A DNA stretch of 64,000 bases from the sequence record NZ_CP118918.1, one strand, 5' to 3'. Origin of the DNA: a plasmid. Position numbers and translations under genes: made by a program. Position 1 is the stretch's first letter, and each line of letters starts with the position of its first letter. Of the stretch, positions 18,101 through 26,437 are shown piece after piece. Under the pieces are notes generated by a model. That model ran no database searches and was not told where the DNA came from. It was given only the letters and a program-made list of their open reading frames with translations.

Positions 18101-21037
18101 TCCGCGGGTCAGCGCGGTGTACACCTGTTGGCGGGTGAGTTGATCGGAGCCCACGGTGTGGCAGCGGTAGCGGGCGGTCGCGCCTTGGGTGGCGTCGATG
18201 GTGCGGGCGTAGCCCAGGGTGACGTGGGAGCGGACGTAGGCGGCGGGCAGCCGTAGATGTGCGTGTGACTCCAAGTGCGTGACGGTGATCGAGCCGTCCG
18301 GATCGACCTCGGTGACTTCCCAGCGGTAGCCGTTGCGCACGAAGTCGGTGGCACCCAACGCGAGGGTGCGATCGTTGTGTTTGGTGAACACGAGGTCCCC
18401 GACGCTGGCGCGGGCCCCGGCCATCAACACCGCTTCGATGCCGGTGGCGTGTTCTCCGAGTTCGGTCAGCCGGTGCAGCCGGGCGCGGTCGTTGAGTTCA
18501 GAAACCAGCTCGTGGGTCGGCGCCAACAGCAGCGAGTGCTTGTCCTCAGCGATGTCGGATTGCCATGCTTGGAACGCCATATCGGAGGCGGCGGCTTGGG
18601 TGCCGACATGCACGCGCTGGGCATCGAGATAGAACGCGATCCCTGATGGGTCGCCGTCGCGCAGCGCGAGACCGGCTTGGGCTTCGGAGGCCGAGGCGAA
18701 CCGCATCACCTGGGACAAGGTGATCGCCCCGTGCTCGTGGGCCAGGTCGCGCAGCACACCGCCGGCGCTGATCGAGGACAGCTGTTTGTCGTCCCCGACG
18801 AGGCGCACGCTGGCGCCGCGGGCCAAGGCGACCGCGATCATCGACGCCAGCGCCAACGTGCCGGCCTTGCCGGCTTCGTCCACGATGATCAAGGTGTTCT
18901 CATCGATCGCGTCGTACCACTGCCGGGCGGGGTCGCCGGGGGAGATGTCGGGATTGTCGGTGAGCCAGTTGAACTTATCGAGGGTGTCACCGACTTCGAC
19001 GTCGATTTCTTCGCGCAACAATTGCGCGGCACTGGCGCTGGGAGACAACCCGATGACGGTGCCCCCGGCGCCTTCCCAAGACCGGGCCAGCGCGGCCGTG
19101 GCGGTGGTTTTCCCCGACCCGGCCGGGGCCAACGCGAGCATCACGCGCTGCCCGCGGCACGCCATTTCGCGGACCAGTTGGGCTTGACCGGCGTTGAGTT
19201 CGCGGCGGTGCGCGGCCTGGGCGAGTAGCTCAATTTCGACATCGGCGGCGGGCACGGTGCGGCCGTCGCGCAGTGTGGCGGCGGCCAGGATTTGCCGCTC
19301 AGCGGCCAGGATTTCGGGGCTGGTGTAGGTCTGCGTCCCGGCTTGGCGGTACACGCTGGTCCCGTCGCGGCGCCGCAACACCGCGGGCTCACCGAGGTCG
19401 GTATCAGGACTGGATGCGTGTCGGATGCTGCGCGGTTCGGTCAGGGCGGCGTCGGTGATGAGTTCGGCGATGCCGTCGATTCCGGCGTGCCCGGTGACGC
19501 GGACCACCCGCAATGCTTCGGCCAGTACATGGGTGCGGTTCCAGGTGGACCGCGCTGCGGAGACGGTGGCGATGACCTGGGCGGCGCGGGCGTTGATCCA
19601 CCCTGCGGTGACCTCGGCGGGTGTCGTGGTGCGCCCGGCCAAGGAGCGGGCGATCATCGCGTTGACCGCTTCGTCGCTGCCCAGCAGGCCGACGGCTTGG
19701 GTGCGCCATTCTGCGCGTTGCTCGGCCAGCGATCGGGGTTCGTGTTTGGCGTCGCGGGTGGCCAGGGTGGCTTGTTGGAACATCGCGATCGACTCCGGGG
19801 TGGTCGGCTCGCGGCCGTGGGCGGCCTGAAATTTCTTGGCCAGCACCGCATATTCGGCGTCGATGGCGGCGCGGCGTGAGGACCACAGTTCGTTGAGTTC
19901 GCGGCTGACGCCGACGACTTCGCGGACCTCGCGCTTGCCTTCGCGGGCATCGCCGCGGGCGGCGAACCGCATCCCCAGCTCGTCGCCCAGGTAGGCCTCC
20001 AGGCGTGAGTTGTACAGCTCGGAGGCCGCGACGGTGGAGGCGTAGAGCGGGCGGCCATCGAGGGCGTACCAGCGGGGGATGCCGTCGGTGCCGCGGGCGC
20101 GGACCTTGTTGGAGATCGCGACGTGGGTGTGCAGGCCGGGGTCCGAGGCGCGGGTGTCGCGGTGGAGAAATTCGGCGGTGATGAAGCCTTCGGTGTCGAC
20201 TTGGGCGATTCCTTGGGCGCCGATGCGGGTGTAGGCGGCCTGATCTTGCAGGAAGTCCAGGGCGTCCTGGACGGCCTTGCGGTGGCATTCCTCGATCTGT
20301 TTGGCGATCGGTTCCGGGCACAGCGCGTACAGTGCGGACACGCTTTTGACCGGGGTGAAGGTCATGTCGTAGCCGGCGACCGAGGTGGTTTGGTCGCGGG
20401 TGCCGCGGGCGATGAACCCGGTCAGTTCGCGCTCGTCCAGGGGTGCGCGGCGGTGCTGTTCTTCGAACATGTCGGTGGCGATGTCGGTGCGCATCTGCGC
20501 CCGCACTGTCTCGTCAATGGCGGCGTTCCAGTGCGCACCGACCGACAGGTTGTGATCCCGATACGCCTCAGCGAGCCGCTGCTGCAGCTCGGTTTCGCCG
20601 GCGTTGACCCGGAACGGGCGACCGAGGGTGGTCGCGGTCAGCGCTGAGTTTTTGCGTGCCCCTTGGGCAATGAGCTGCTTGGTCAGCGCTGAGGCGTTCG
20701 GGTGCACCCCCAGCCCGAACAGGGCCTTCATCTGGTCCTCGGTGACCTCGGAGCCTTCGGCCACTGACCACAGTCGCTCTCCGGCGTCGGTACGGGTCCA
20801 GTTCTGCGAGCCCGCGGACAAGCCGGCCAGTCCGCGTCCGCCCCAGCGGCCCGGTGTCTCGCCCTTGGAGGAGTAGTAGTCGCCCAACGATTCCGGGCCA
20901 TGGGTGCGGTCGTGGGCAGCCACCTGCCGCACCAGGTACAAGTACCCGGAGCCAGCGGTGAGCTTGTGGATGCCCGCATTCACCTGCCCAGCGCACCGAT
21001 TTCTCACGACGAAACCAAGGCTGCTTTCCGCCAGCAT
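15125..21037 (-). CDS. MobF/TrwC-family conjugative relaxase fused to a RecD-like helicase (TraA-like), with a roughly 900-aa Ala-rich C-terminal extension
   Basis: 1970 aa. N-terminal TrwC relaxase motifs are present (HKLTAGSGYLYL, GDYYSSKGETPGRWGG, TFTPVKSVSALY, HTHVAISNKV). The helicase Walker A is LAPAGSGKTTATAAL. Confidence 0.9.
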   Translation of the reverse strand: MLAESSLGFVVRNRCAGQVNAGIHKLTAGSGYLYLVRQVAAHDRTHGPESLGDYYSSKGETPGRWGGRGLAGLSAGSQNWTRTDAGERLWSVAEGSEVTEDQMKALFGLGVHPNASALTKQLIAQGARKNSALTATTLGRPFRVNAGETELQQRLAEAYRDHNLSVGAHWNAAIDETVRAQMRTDIATDMFEEQHRRAPLDERELTGFIARGTRDQTTSVAGYDMTFTPVKSVSALYALCPEPIAKQIEECHRKAVQDALDFLQDQAAYTRIGAQGIAQVDTEGFITAEFLHRDTRASDPGLHTHVAISNKVRARGTDGIPRWYALDGRPLYASTVAASELYNSRLEAYLGDELGMRFAARGDAREGKREVREVVGVSRELNELWSSRRAAIDAEYAVLAKKFQAAHGREPTTPESIAMFQQATLATRDAKHEPRSLAEQRAEWRTQAVGLLGSDEAVNAMIARSLAGRTTTPAEVTAGWINARAAQVIATVSAARSTWNRTHVLAEALRVVRVTGHAGIDGIAELITDAALTEPRSIRHASSPDTDLGEPAVLRRRDGTSVYRQAGTQTYTSPEILAAERQILAAATLRDGRTVPAADVEIELLAQAAHRRELNAGQAQLVREMACRGQRVMLALAPAGSGKTTATAALARSWEGAGGTVIGLSPSASAAQLLREEIDVEVGDTLDKFNWLTDNPDISPGDPARQWYDAIDENTLIIVDEAGKAGTLALASMIAVALARGASVRLVGDDKQLSSISAGGVLRDLAHEHGAITLSQVMRFASASEAQAGLALRDGDPSGIAFYLDAQRVHVGTQAAASDMAFQAWQSDIAEDKHSLLLAPTHELVSELNDRARLHRLTELGEHATGIEAVLMAGARASVGDLVFTKHNDRTLALGATDFVRNGYRWEVTEVDPDGSITVTHLESHAHLRLPAAYVRSHVTLGYARTIDATQGATARYRCHTVGSDQLTRQQVYTALTRGVHGNHIYFSTAEHDPHRVLSPKATHPDTAVDVLTRALARDAAQVSATSAARAATDPAARLAAATQMYAHAVGTAAESRLSPAQHAELDSHAEKLVPGLTTATAWPVLRQHLALIAAAGIHPLKRLDKVVASGGFDNAADPAAVIDWRLDPTGAHSGGAGPLPWLPAIPERLAADPQWHTYLAARAQRVTDLAAEVTATARQWSAATAPRWARPLVGTDLELAAELAVYRAATAVEDNDTRIAGAEQYPARTRAAQRGLEQRAAELIGADATTNRYDTLIDSINPHIRHDPYWPQLAHHLAAAARTGVNITQLVRTVAAERPLPDELPAAALWWRLCGTLTPAVLETANGGLRPDWLPDLHTVFGTELAETIAADPAFPALVSAIGNADPDQWTPRDLLHVAAEHLYDADAHLTHHLRPDEYARLLTYSIEVFTTADPYDHDIPLPDTAPLTPEEHEELAHLHPDIENTPPGRQHAHDDVLADPNNLAAALGLDDYDLTEPTAPDDQLPPPEHADDYFTPDTGIDFDSLSTVRPSPAAALAAHRADVHALRDRYAAADAQVRALAAHVTAGGGPHVLAATDELRRMRAAADADRPFLARVEAVLDQWHHAETTYAEALELIGHARTELDTLRADPDADPLDIASATQHLNFLTSYQLPPTSPAEQFHPAFDEATAARAAAAGGSEHIVTHADADALLRRCRADDDTLLARHRADRAALRDQLHRAELAAAQAFARAQRSTAEHITELLPRIDTELRVLDAAGQHAFQERLPISEHPDIDTDRLRRLTDAPFVLTAAHASDRAALLPMMKHLERAAHDAQRPLIWAAPATICDNADLSPIANTVIDAATLDLHDSAPGTIVVIDRAEHISPETIADLTETAATAHARIILLDTNTATWPPPPAAPLLKLLHTELRWSPVLTAATGRINHFDASPDSNAALTQAAGLHPDHHTPAITTALQRHRKAQQRNTTAHDLHTRMWNAAHRDEGFSRGG

Positions 21038-21222
21038 CCGAACGGGCCGTGACCAAACCGTGACCTAAGTGCAAGAGGTGTGTGGGACCAAGCCAGGCTG
21101 GAAAGCAACGATGCAGGTCAACAGGGGTGAGACGGTGGTGAGGGTGAAATCAGGGGTGAGTGGGTGGCTGCGGAAGAAGGGAAGCGTGATTGCGTCGTAA
21201 GGGATGGCTAGCATCCGGAAAC
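21038..21222. promoter_or_regulatory. Candidate oriT and relaxase promoter region
   Basis: Intergenic region upstream of the MobF relaxase gene. Direct repeat CCGTGACC-AAA-CCGTGACC. Imperfect inverted repeat GCTTTCCGCCAGC / GCCAGGCTGGAAAGC. Positional inference only. Confidence 0.3.
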
Positions 21223-21834
21223 ATGGCTAAAGCAACGACGAAACATGCAGTGAAGCAGCGGGTTCTGGAGGCGCGGCGCGCCGAGAAGGCCGCACGGGAG
21301 GCGCGCGAGGCGGCCATTGTCGACGGTCTGTCGGAGTTTCTCGCCGAAGTTGACCGTGCGGCGGCGGTGGGGATGAAGCTCGAAGAGCAGGTAGCGGCGG
21401 CGCGCACGAAGGCCGCCGAACGTGTCGAGCGGATTGAACGGGAGACCGAGGAACGAATCGCCACGTTGACCGAGGCGGCGCGGGAGGAAACGGCGCGGTG
21501 TGAGCGGGCGGCCGGTGAGGCTGTGATGCGGCTACGGGGGCAGGGTGAGACGGTGGCGGCCATTGCGAGCCAGACGGGTCAGAGCCAGAACCGAGTGCGC
21601 GACTTGGGCAAGCTGGCGGTCGGCTCGCAGGACGCAGCTGAGGCGGCGGACCCTGACGGGGCGCAGGCAGGGCAGGCTGGGTCCATGCAGGACGGGGGAG
21701 CCGGCGCTGAGGATGCCGCGGTGGTGTCGGCCAGTGGAGTGGACGCAGGCACTGCTGGTGGAGAGCTCGGCGACAGGGAGGCGACCGACGCTGAGGAGCT
21801 GACGGTAGGCGCGGCCGCGAGCCTGAGCGCGTAG
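21223..21834 (+). CDS. Coiled-coil hypothetical protein
   Basis: About 203 aa. Charged heptad-like repeats (AREAREAAIVDGLSEF...ERVERIERETEERIA). Starts at the internal ATG of track ORF 21190..21834. Confidence 0.45.
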   Translation: MAKATTKHAVKQRVLEARRAEKAAREAREAAIVDGLSEFLAEVDRAAAVGMKLEEQVAAARTKAAERVERIERETEERIATLTEAAREETARCERAAGEAVMRLRGQGETVAAIASQTGQSQNRVRDLGKLAVGSQDAAEAADPDGAQAGQAGSMQDGGAGAEDAAVVSASGVDAGTAGGELGDREATDAEELTVGAAASLSA

Positions 21835-21848
21835 CGAGGCTTCGGCGG

Positions 21849-22376
21849 GTGGGCGCTTTGGCGCGGGAGTTGGCGGTTGATCCGGACCGCGACATGGCAG
21901 AGGTGGCAAGGTTTTTCAGCCGCGTGGTCGCAGGGCCGGGTCGCCAGGACTGCTGGCTGTGGACCGGTGCGATCGGTGATGACGGTTACGGTCGGTTCGC
22001 GATTCGCCGCGACGGCAGGCTGCGCATGGTGCGTCCACCGCGGTATGCCCTTGCGGTGGCCGCAGACGGTGCGGCACTCGATGGGTACGTGCGGGCGCTG
22101 CACGAGTGTGATGTGCCGATGTGTGTTCGTGTGATCACTGCCGACGAGTTGCGCGACGGGGTGCGGCCTCATGTGGTCGGTGGGACGCAGCGGGAGAACA
22201 TGGAGAGGATGGCGCGGGCGCGGCGCGGCGGGGGATCGCCTGCGGTGATCGCGCGCCAGGCGGGTGTGAAGGCACGGCGGGAGCAGGCGCTGGCGTTGCG
22301 TGCGGCGGTGCGTTCCGGCTGGGACGGCGCGGCGGTGGAGGCTGCGCTGTTGGGCGGCCAGCCTCGTCTATGGTGA
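21849..22376 (+). CDS. HNH endonuclease (HNH_3 type)
   Basis: 175 aa. CWLWTGAIGDDGYGRFAI...RPPRYA...LHECDVPMCVRVITADE fits the HNH_3 pattern C.W.G....GYGR......H.CDNP.C. Confidence 0.7.
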   Translation: MGALARELAVDPDRDMAEVARFFSRVVAGPGRQDCWLWTGAIGDDGYGRFAIRRDGRLRMVRPPRYALAVAADGAALDGYVRALHECDVPMCVRVITADELRDGVRPHVVGGTQRENMERMARARRGGGSPAVIARQAGVKARREQALALRAAVRSGWDGAAVEAALLGGQPRLW

Positions 22377-22461
22377 GCCTTCGGTAGTTCTAGTCCGCGC
22401 GATGGCCTGCGGGACTGGCCCGGGTGGGGCGGTCCCGCAGGCGGTGGCGCGGATGGGGCTA

Positions 22462-22683
22462 GTGGTCGGCGGTGGTGGCGATGAAGGCCTCGGCGTCGGT
22501 GAGGTAGTAGTCGGCGTGGCGGGTCTGGTCGGCGGTGGCGTCGTTGGCCAGGAGAACGGTGACGGCGTAGTCGCGGGCCGAGAGGGCGTATTGGCGGCGG
22601 CGGTGGGGGTCGTCGGCGGCAGCGACCGCGGCGTGGATGTCGGCTCGGGCGTAGGCCAGTGCTGCGGTGGTGGGGATGGGCAT
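22462..22683 (-). CDS. Small hypothetical protein
   Basis: 73 aa from an internal ATG. It is the last gene of the minus-strand nrdH-methyltransferase operon. Confidence 0.35.
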
Positions 22684-23075
22684 GATGGTTCTCCGTTTCG
22701 TGGTGTGACTTGGTGGTGCGCCGGTCGGCGCTGGGGTGCGGTCAACCGGGTGAGGGTGGGCGGTCAACCCCGAAGAGGCGGCGGCGGGTGGAGCAGGGTT
22801 TTCGGCCCGCGAGCGGCAGCGAGCTTGGTAGGGCCGAAAAGGTCACTCGGCCTGTGTAGGTCGACGTCGGTGTGGGTTGACCGGTCGGGCCCCCGGCCGG
22901 TTAGGCTGCGCCCCCTGCTGACGGTGTGAAGGTGAGGGGCTACGGATGCGCCCGCCGCGAGGCGGGCATCCGCGCCGCAGGCGCGCGGCCGAAGGGAACA
23001 TGCGAATCGCGCAACAAACCCCGCAGTGAACCCGTTGTTGTGGCGGTGGCGGGCTCACAGCACGCGCGGGAGCTA

Positions 23076-23600
23076 GGTAGCGCTCTGTGAGGCCAGAATG
23101 GCGTGGCGCATGGCCGCTTTGGGGTCGACGGCGATATCGAGGGTGTAGACGATCAAGTCGGCAAGGCGCGGAGCGCGGCCGTCGATCTCGGCGGCTTCGG
23201 CGATGGCGAGTTCGCATGCGATGGCGGCCCGCACGTTGTCCCCGGCGAGGCAGTAGGCGCATCCGGCGATAGTCAGTGCCTCGACGCGGGCGCTGGATCG
23301 GAGTTGGCGCGCGAAGCGCGTCCATAGCGACGCACCGGCATCAGGGTCGTTCAGTAGGAGGGGGAGCATCGCGTCGCGCAACGCCGGGCTGGTGGTGATG
23401 ATGATTGCGACGCGGCTGGCAAGGGTGCCGGTGGCCCGTCGGTGGCCGCTGAGGACGTTGGTGATGTATGTGAGGGTGTCGGGGACCGAGGGTGCGTGGT
23501 CGTCGCGGTTCACGGCGGGGTCGACGTGTTCGAATTCGCGCCGCAGAGCTTGGCGGGTATCGGAGTTGCTGTGGACGGGGTGTACGAGCCTGAGGGTCAT
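23076..23600 (-). CDS. Hypothetical protein
   Basis: 174 aa from the ATG at 23600, with RBS GGAGAA. Helical. No motif recognised. Confidence 0.5.
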
Positions 23601-23631
23601 GGTGTTCTCCGTTCGCGCGGGGTCGCGGATG

Positions 23632-23916
23632 TCAGCGAAGGCTCGCCAGGTGGTGGTTGAGGCGGGCGGCGACATCACGGGCGCGGGCATGGGGGTCGAG
23701 CGGATCGAAGTCGGTGCTGTAGGCGATCAGGCGGGGGCCGCTGGGCGTCCAGAGGTTCACGTCCCCCAGTTCGGTTGCGTAGAAGGGGTTATGAGCCTCG
23801 GTCCGCTGCTGGTGATGGGCGGGGGTGATCCCGTCGCGTTGGTAGGCGTGGATGCGGGCGGTGGTCAGCGGGAGGGCGATGGGGCGCCCGGGGGTGGCGG
23901 CGTGCTGTTCAGTCAT
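23632..23916 (-). CDS. Hypothetical small protein
   Basis: 94 aa. Strong RBS AAGGAG 8 nt upstream of the ATG. Lies directly downstream of the C5-methyltransferase gene. Confidence 0.5.
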   Translation of the reverse strand: MTEQHAATPGRPIALPLTTARIHAYQRDGITPAHHQQRTEAHNPFYATELGDVNLWTPSGPRLIAYSTDFDPLDPHARARDVAARLNHHLASLR

Positions 23917-23961
23917 CGGAACACTCCTTGGGTTGGGGGAGGGGGCTGGCAGTGCGGGCTG

Positions 23962-25503
23962 TCAGGTGGTGACGGTGGCGGGTTCGCCGGTCAGCGTTTC
24001 CACGACGAGTCCGACGAGATCGCGGGCGGCTGGTGGGGTGACGGCGTTGCCTGCCAGGCGGACTTGCTCTCGTCGGGTGCCGAGCATGCGGTAGTCGGTG
24101 GGGAAGTCCATCGCGGCGGTGATTTCGCGGGGCTCCAGCATCCGGAAGAACACGTCGTTGATGTCGATGTGCTGTGGCGGTGCGGGGGCGGGTCCGCTGG
24201 TGATCAGGCTGTGGCGCTCGACGGTGGTGACGGTGGGCAGGGCTTCGTTGGCAGGGGTGCTGCCGCCTTTGCCGTAGTAGCTCGTGATCAGGGGGCGGGG
24301 CTCGGTGGGGTTCCAGCGTCCGTGGAACACGTCGCCGCGTGTGACGGGGGTGTAGACCAGGCCGTGGTGGTTGCCGGATGCGGTGACCGTCGAGAGTGCT
24401 TCGGTGGTGCAGCGGGCATCGCTGGAGCCGCCGCGGAGTTCGGCGATGAAGGGCGCGAAGGCGATGCCGTCGTTCTCGCGGGTGGTTCGGGTGGCGATGG
24501 GTTGATCGACGGCGACAGCTTCGTTGCGCCAGGTGCCTCCGGTCGGGACCAGCAGCGCGGTCTCGCTGCGCGTGGTCATGGTGCGTGTCGGCTGGTCGAC
24601 CGGGGCGGCGTTCTTGCCGTCGCGTCCTTCGACGGGTACCAGCATGGGCTGCCAGTAGCGCTGGATTCCGGCGGCGATGCGGGCCATGGTCTTGTCGGCC
24701 AGGGGGCGGGTGCGCTCACCGATGCGTGTGCCGGTCAGTGACCAGTCGATGATGTCGGCGGCCGGGCGGTAGGTCGGCTCGATCACCTGGTTGCGGCACG
24801 CGACGTTGGGGCAGCGGTAGACGTACTGGGCGCGGTACTTACCCCACGGTGCGCGGTCGGTGCGCTTGAAGCTCTGGACGGCGCGGACCGGTCCGCAGGC
24901 GGGGCACACCGCGTAGGGGGACACGATCCGCTTGACGTCGGGGCGGGGATCGCCTGCGCGGGTGAAGATCGCATAGAACCGGTCTCTCGACTGGGGGGCG
25001 CCGCGACCGAGCAGTTGCGCATGCATTGAGTTCAGGTAGACCATCTGGCCGACGTAGCCGATGGATTCCATTGCCATGCGCCACGCCTGGAAGGGCGGCC
25101 AGAACACCACGTCGACCACGTTCTCCACGATCACGGCGCGGTACATGTGGTACTCGGAGAAGCGCACGACATCCCACATGGTGGCGCGGGAGCGCTCGGC
25201 GGCGGCCTCGGGGAGAATCTCGCCGAACAGATCCGGTTGGGCGTCTTGACGTTTGCGGCCCTGGGCGATGCTGTGCTTGGTGCAGCTCGGGCTGGCCCAC
25301 AGCAGATCAGTGGTGGGGAACAGACGCGGGTCAATCTGGGAGAGGTCGGCCTGAATGTGGTCGGTGTCAGGGTGATTGGCGCTGTGGGTTTCGATGGCCC
25401 TGTCCCAGTGGTTACTGGCGACCCTGGCCACGACGTTGTTGATCATCACAGCACCAGCCGTGGAGCCTCCAGCGCCGCAGTAGAGGTCGGTGATCGTCAG
25501 CAT
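23962..25503 (-). CDS. DNA (cytosine-5)-methyltransferase
   Basis: 513 aa. Motif I DLYCGAGG. Motif IV ASPSCT (PC motif). Motif VI ENV. Motif VIII QSRDRFYAIF. A large variable target-recognition region follows. Confidence 0.9.
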   Translation of the reverse strand: MLTITDLYCGAGGSTAGAVMINNVVARVASNHWDRAIETHSANHPDTDHIQADLSQIDPRLFPTTDLLWASPSCTKHSIAQGRKRQDAQPDLFGEILPEAAAERSRATMWDVVRFSEYHMYRAVIVENVVDVVFWPPFQAWRMAMESIGYVGQMVYLNSMHAQLLGRGAPQSRDRFYAIFTRAGDPRPDVKRIVSPYAVCPACGPVRAVQSFKRTDRAPWGKYRAQYVYRCPNVACRNQVIEPTYRPAADIIDWSLTGTRIGERTRPLADKTMARIAAGIQRYWQPMLVPVEGRDGKNAAPVDQPTRTMTTRSETALLVPTGGTWRNEAVAVDQPIATRTTRENDGIAFAPFIAELRGGSSDARCTTEALSTVTASGNHHGLVYTPVTRGDVFHGRWNPTEPRPLITSYYGKGGSTPANEALPTVTTVERHSLITSGPAPAPPQHIDINDVFFRMLEPREITAAMDFPTDYRMLGTRREQVRLAGNAVTPPAARDLVGLVVETLTGEPATVTT

Positions 25504-25525
25504 GGGGGGGTCCTCTCAACAATGG

Positions 25526-25573
25526 GTGATGGCTATAGCCTACCACAGAATGGATGGTGATAGCCATCCAATA
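25526..25573. promoter_or_regulatory. 48-bp palindromic operator/promoter element containing GGCTATAGCCTACCA, directly upstream of the C5-methyltransferase gene
   Basis: GTGATGGCTATAGCCTACCACAGAATGGATGGTGATAGCCATCCAATATG has terminal 10-bp inverted arms and an internal 10-bp palindrome GGCTATAGCC. Related copies lie at 26458-26481, 30312-30345 and 33253-33303. Confidence 0.6.
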
Positions 25574-25587
25574 TGTGGGGCTTGTGG

Positions 25588-26136
25588 TTAGGTCAGCTGG
25601 TCAAATAGGTCGAGCTGAGCGTCGGCACCGAGGTCGAGAACGCGGCGCAGCAGGGCGTCGGCCTGTTCGTGCATCTCTGTGGTGCGGCGGTAATGCTCGC
25701 GGTCTTCCTCGTCCGTGGGGTGGTAGCGAGAGCATGGTCGGCTGTGTGCGTTGGGGGGCGTGCGGGCGTGGGGGCAGCGGCACCACTGCCATGTGCGGTG
25801 CTGCTCGGCTCGGGTCGCGGTCAGCAGGTCAGCTATCTGGCTGCGCAGCGCGGTTGGCAGGGCCTGTCCGAGTCGTTGAATCTGAGTGGCGGTGACCGTG
25901 GCACGCGGGGGGCCGGAGCCGGGGCGGGGGCTGATGAACTTTGATCCGACGGTCCAGTAGCTGGTCATCCAGTCGGGTGCGCCGTGGGGGGCGGTCGGGC
26001 CGCTGGCGCCGCCTGCGCGGGCCAGCAGGGATCGCAGTGCGCGTTCCTCGAGGAATGCGTCCAGGAGGGCACTGCCTGATGATCTGCCGACGAACGCCAG
26101 GAGGTGGCGTTGGTCGGGTGTCAGCGTGGGGCGCAT
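25588..26136 (-). CDS. Cys-rich hypothetical protein between nrdH and the C5-methyltransferase
   Basis: About 182 aa from the ATG at 26136 (MRPTLTPDQRHLLAF...). The C-terminus has a putative Zn cluster CRCP...C..H. The longer track ORF would overlap nrdH. Confidence 0.45.
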   Translation of the reverse strand: MRPTLTPDQRHLLAFVGRSSGSALLDAFLEERALRSLLARAGGASGPTAPHGAPDWMTSYWTVGSKFISPRPGSGPPRATVTATQIQRLGQALPTALRSQIADLLTATRAEQHRTWQWCRCPHARTPPNAHSRPCSRYHPTDEEDREHYRRTTEMHEQADALLRRVLDLGADAQLDLFDQLT

Positions 26137-26170
26137 GCGCACAGCCTGACGAGGCAGTGCCGGTGGGCGC

Positions 26171-26437
26171 TCATGCGGGCATCGCTGTTGCATCGGGTGC
26201 GGATACCGCAGGGTTGCCGGCGGCCTTGATGCGGTCGGGTCGGAAGCCGCTCCAGTGATCATCGCCGGCTACCACGACGGGGGCTTGCAGGTAGCCCAGG
26301 GCCATCACGTAGTCGCGGGCCTCGGCATCGACGCTGATGTCGACTTTCGCGTAGGTGATCCCCGCTTTGTCGAGCGCCTTGAAAGTCGCGGTGCACTGCA
26401 CGCAGTTGGGCTTGGTGTACACGGTGAAGGTGGACAT
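26171..26437 (-). CDS. nrdH: NrdH-type glutaredoxin-like redoxin, copy 2
   Basis: 88 aa. MSTFTVYTKPNCVQCTATFKALDKAGITYAKVDISVDAEARDYVMALGYLQAPVVVAGDDHWSGFRPDRI. About 98 percent nucleotide identity to copy 1 over about 200 bp. The C-terminus differs. Confidence 0.85.
   Translation of the reverse strand: MSTFTVYTKPNCVQCTATFKALDKAGITYAKVDISVDAEARDYVMALGYLQAPVVVAGDDHWSGFRPDRIKAAGNPAVSAPDATAMPA

Noticed and set aside
22932-22975. A hairpin as a Rho-independent terminator
   Set aside because: No U-tract follows it on either strand. It is listed instead as part of the structured intergenic region.
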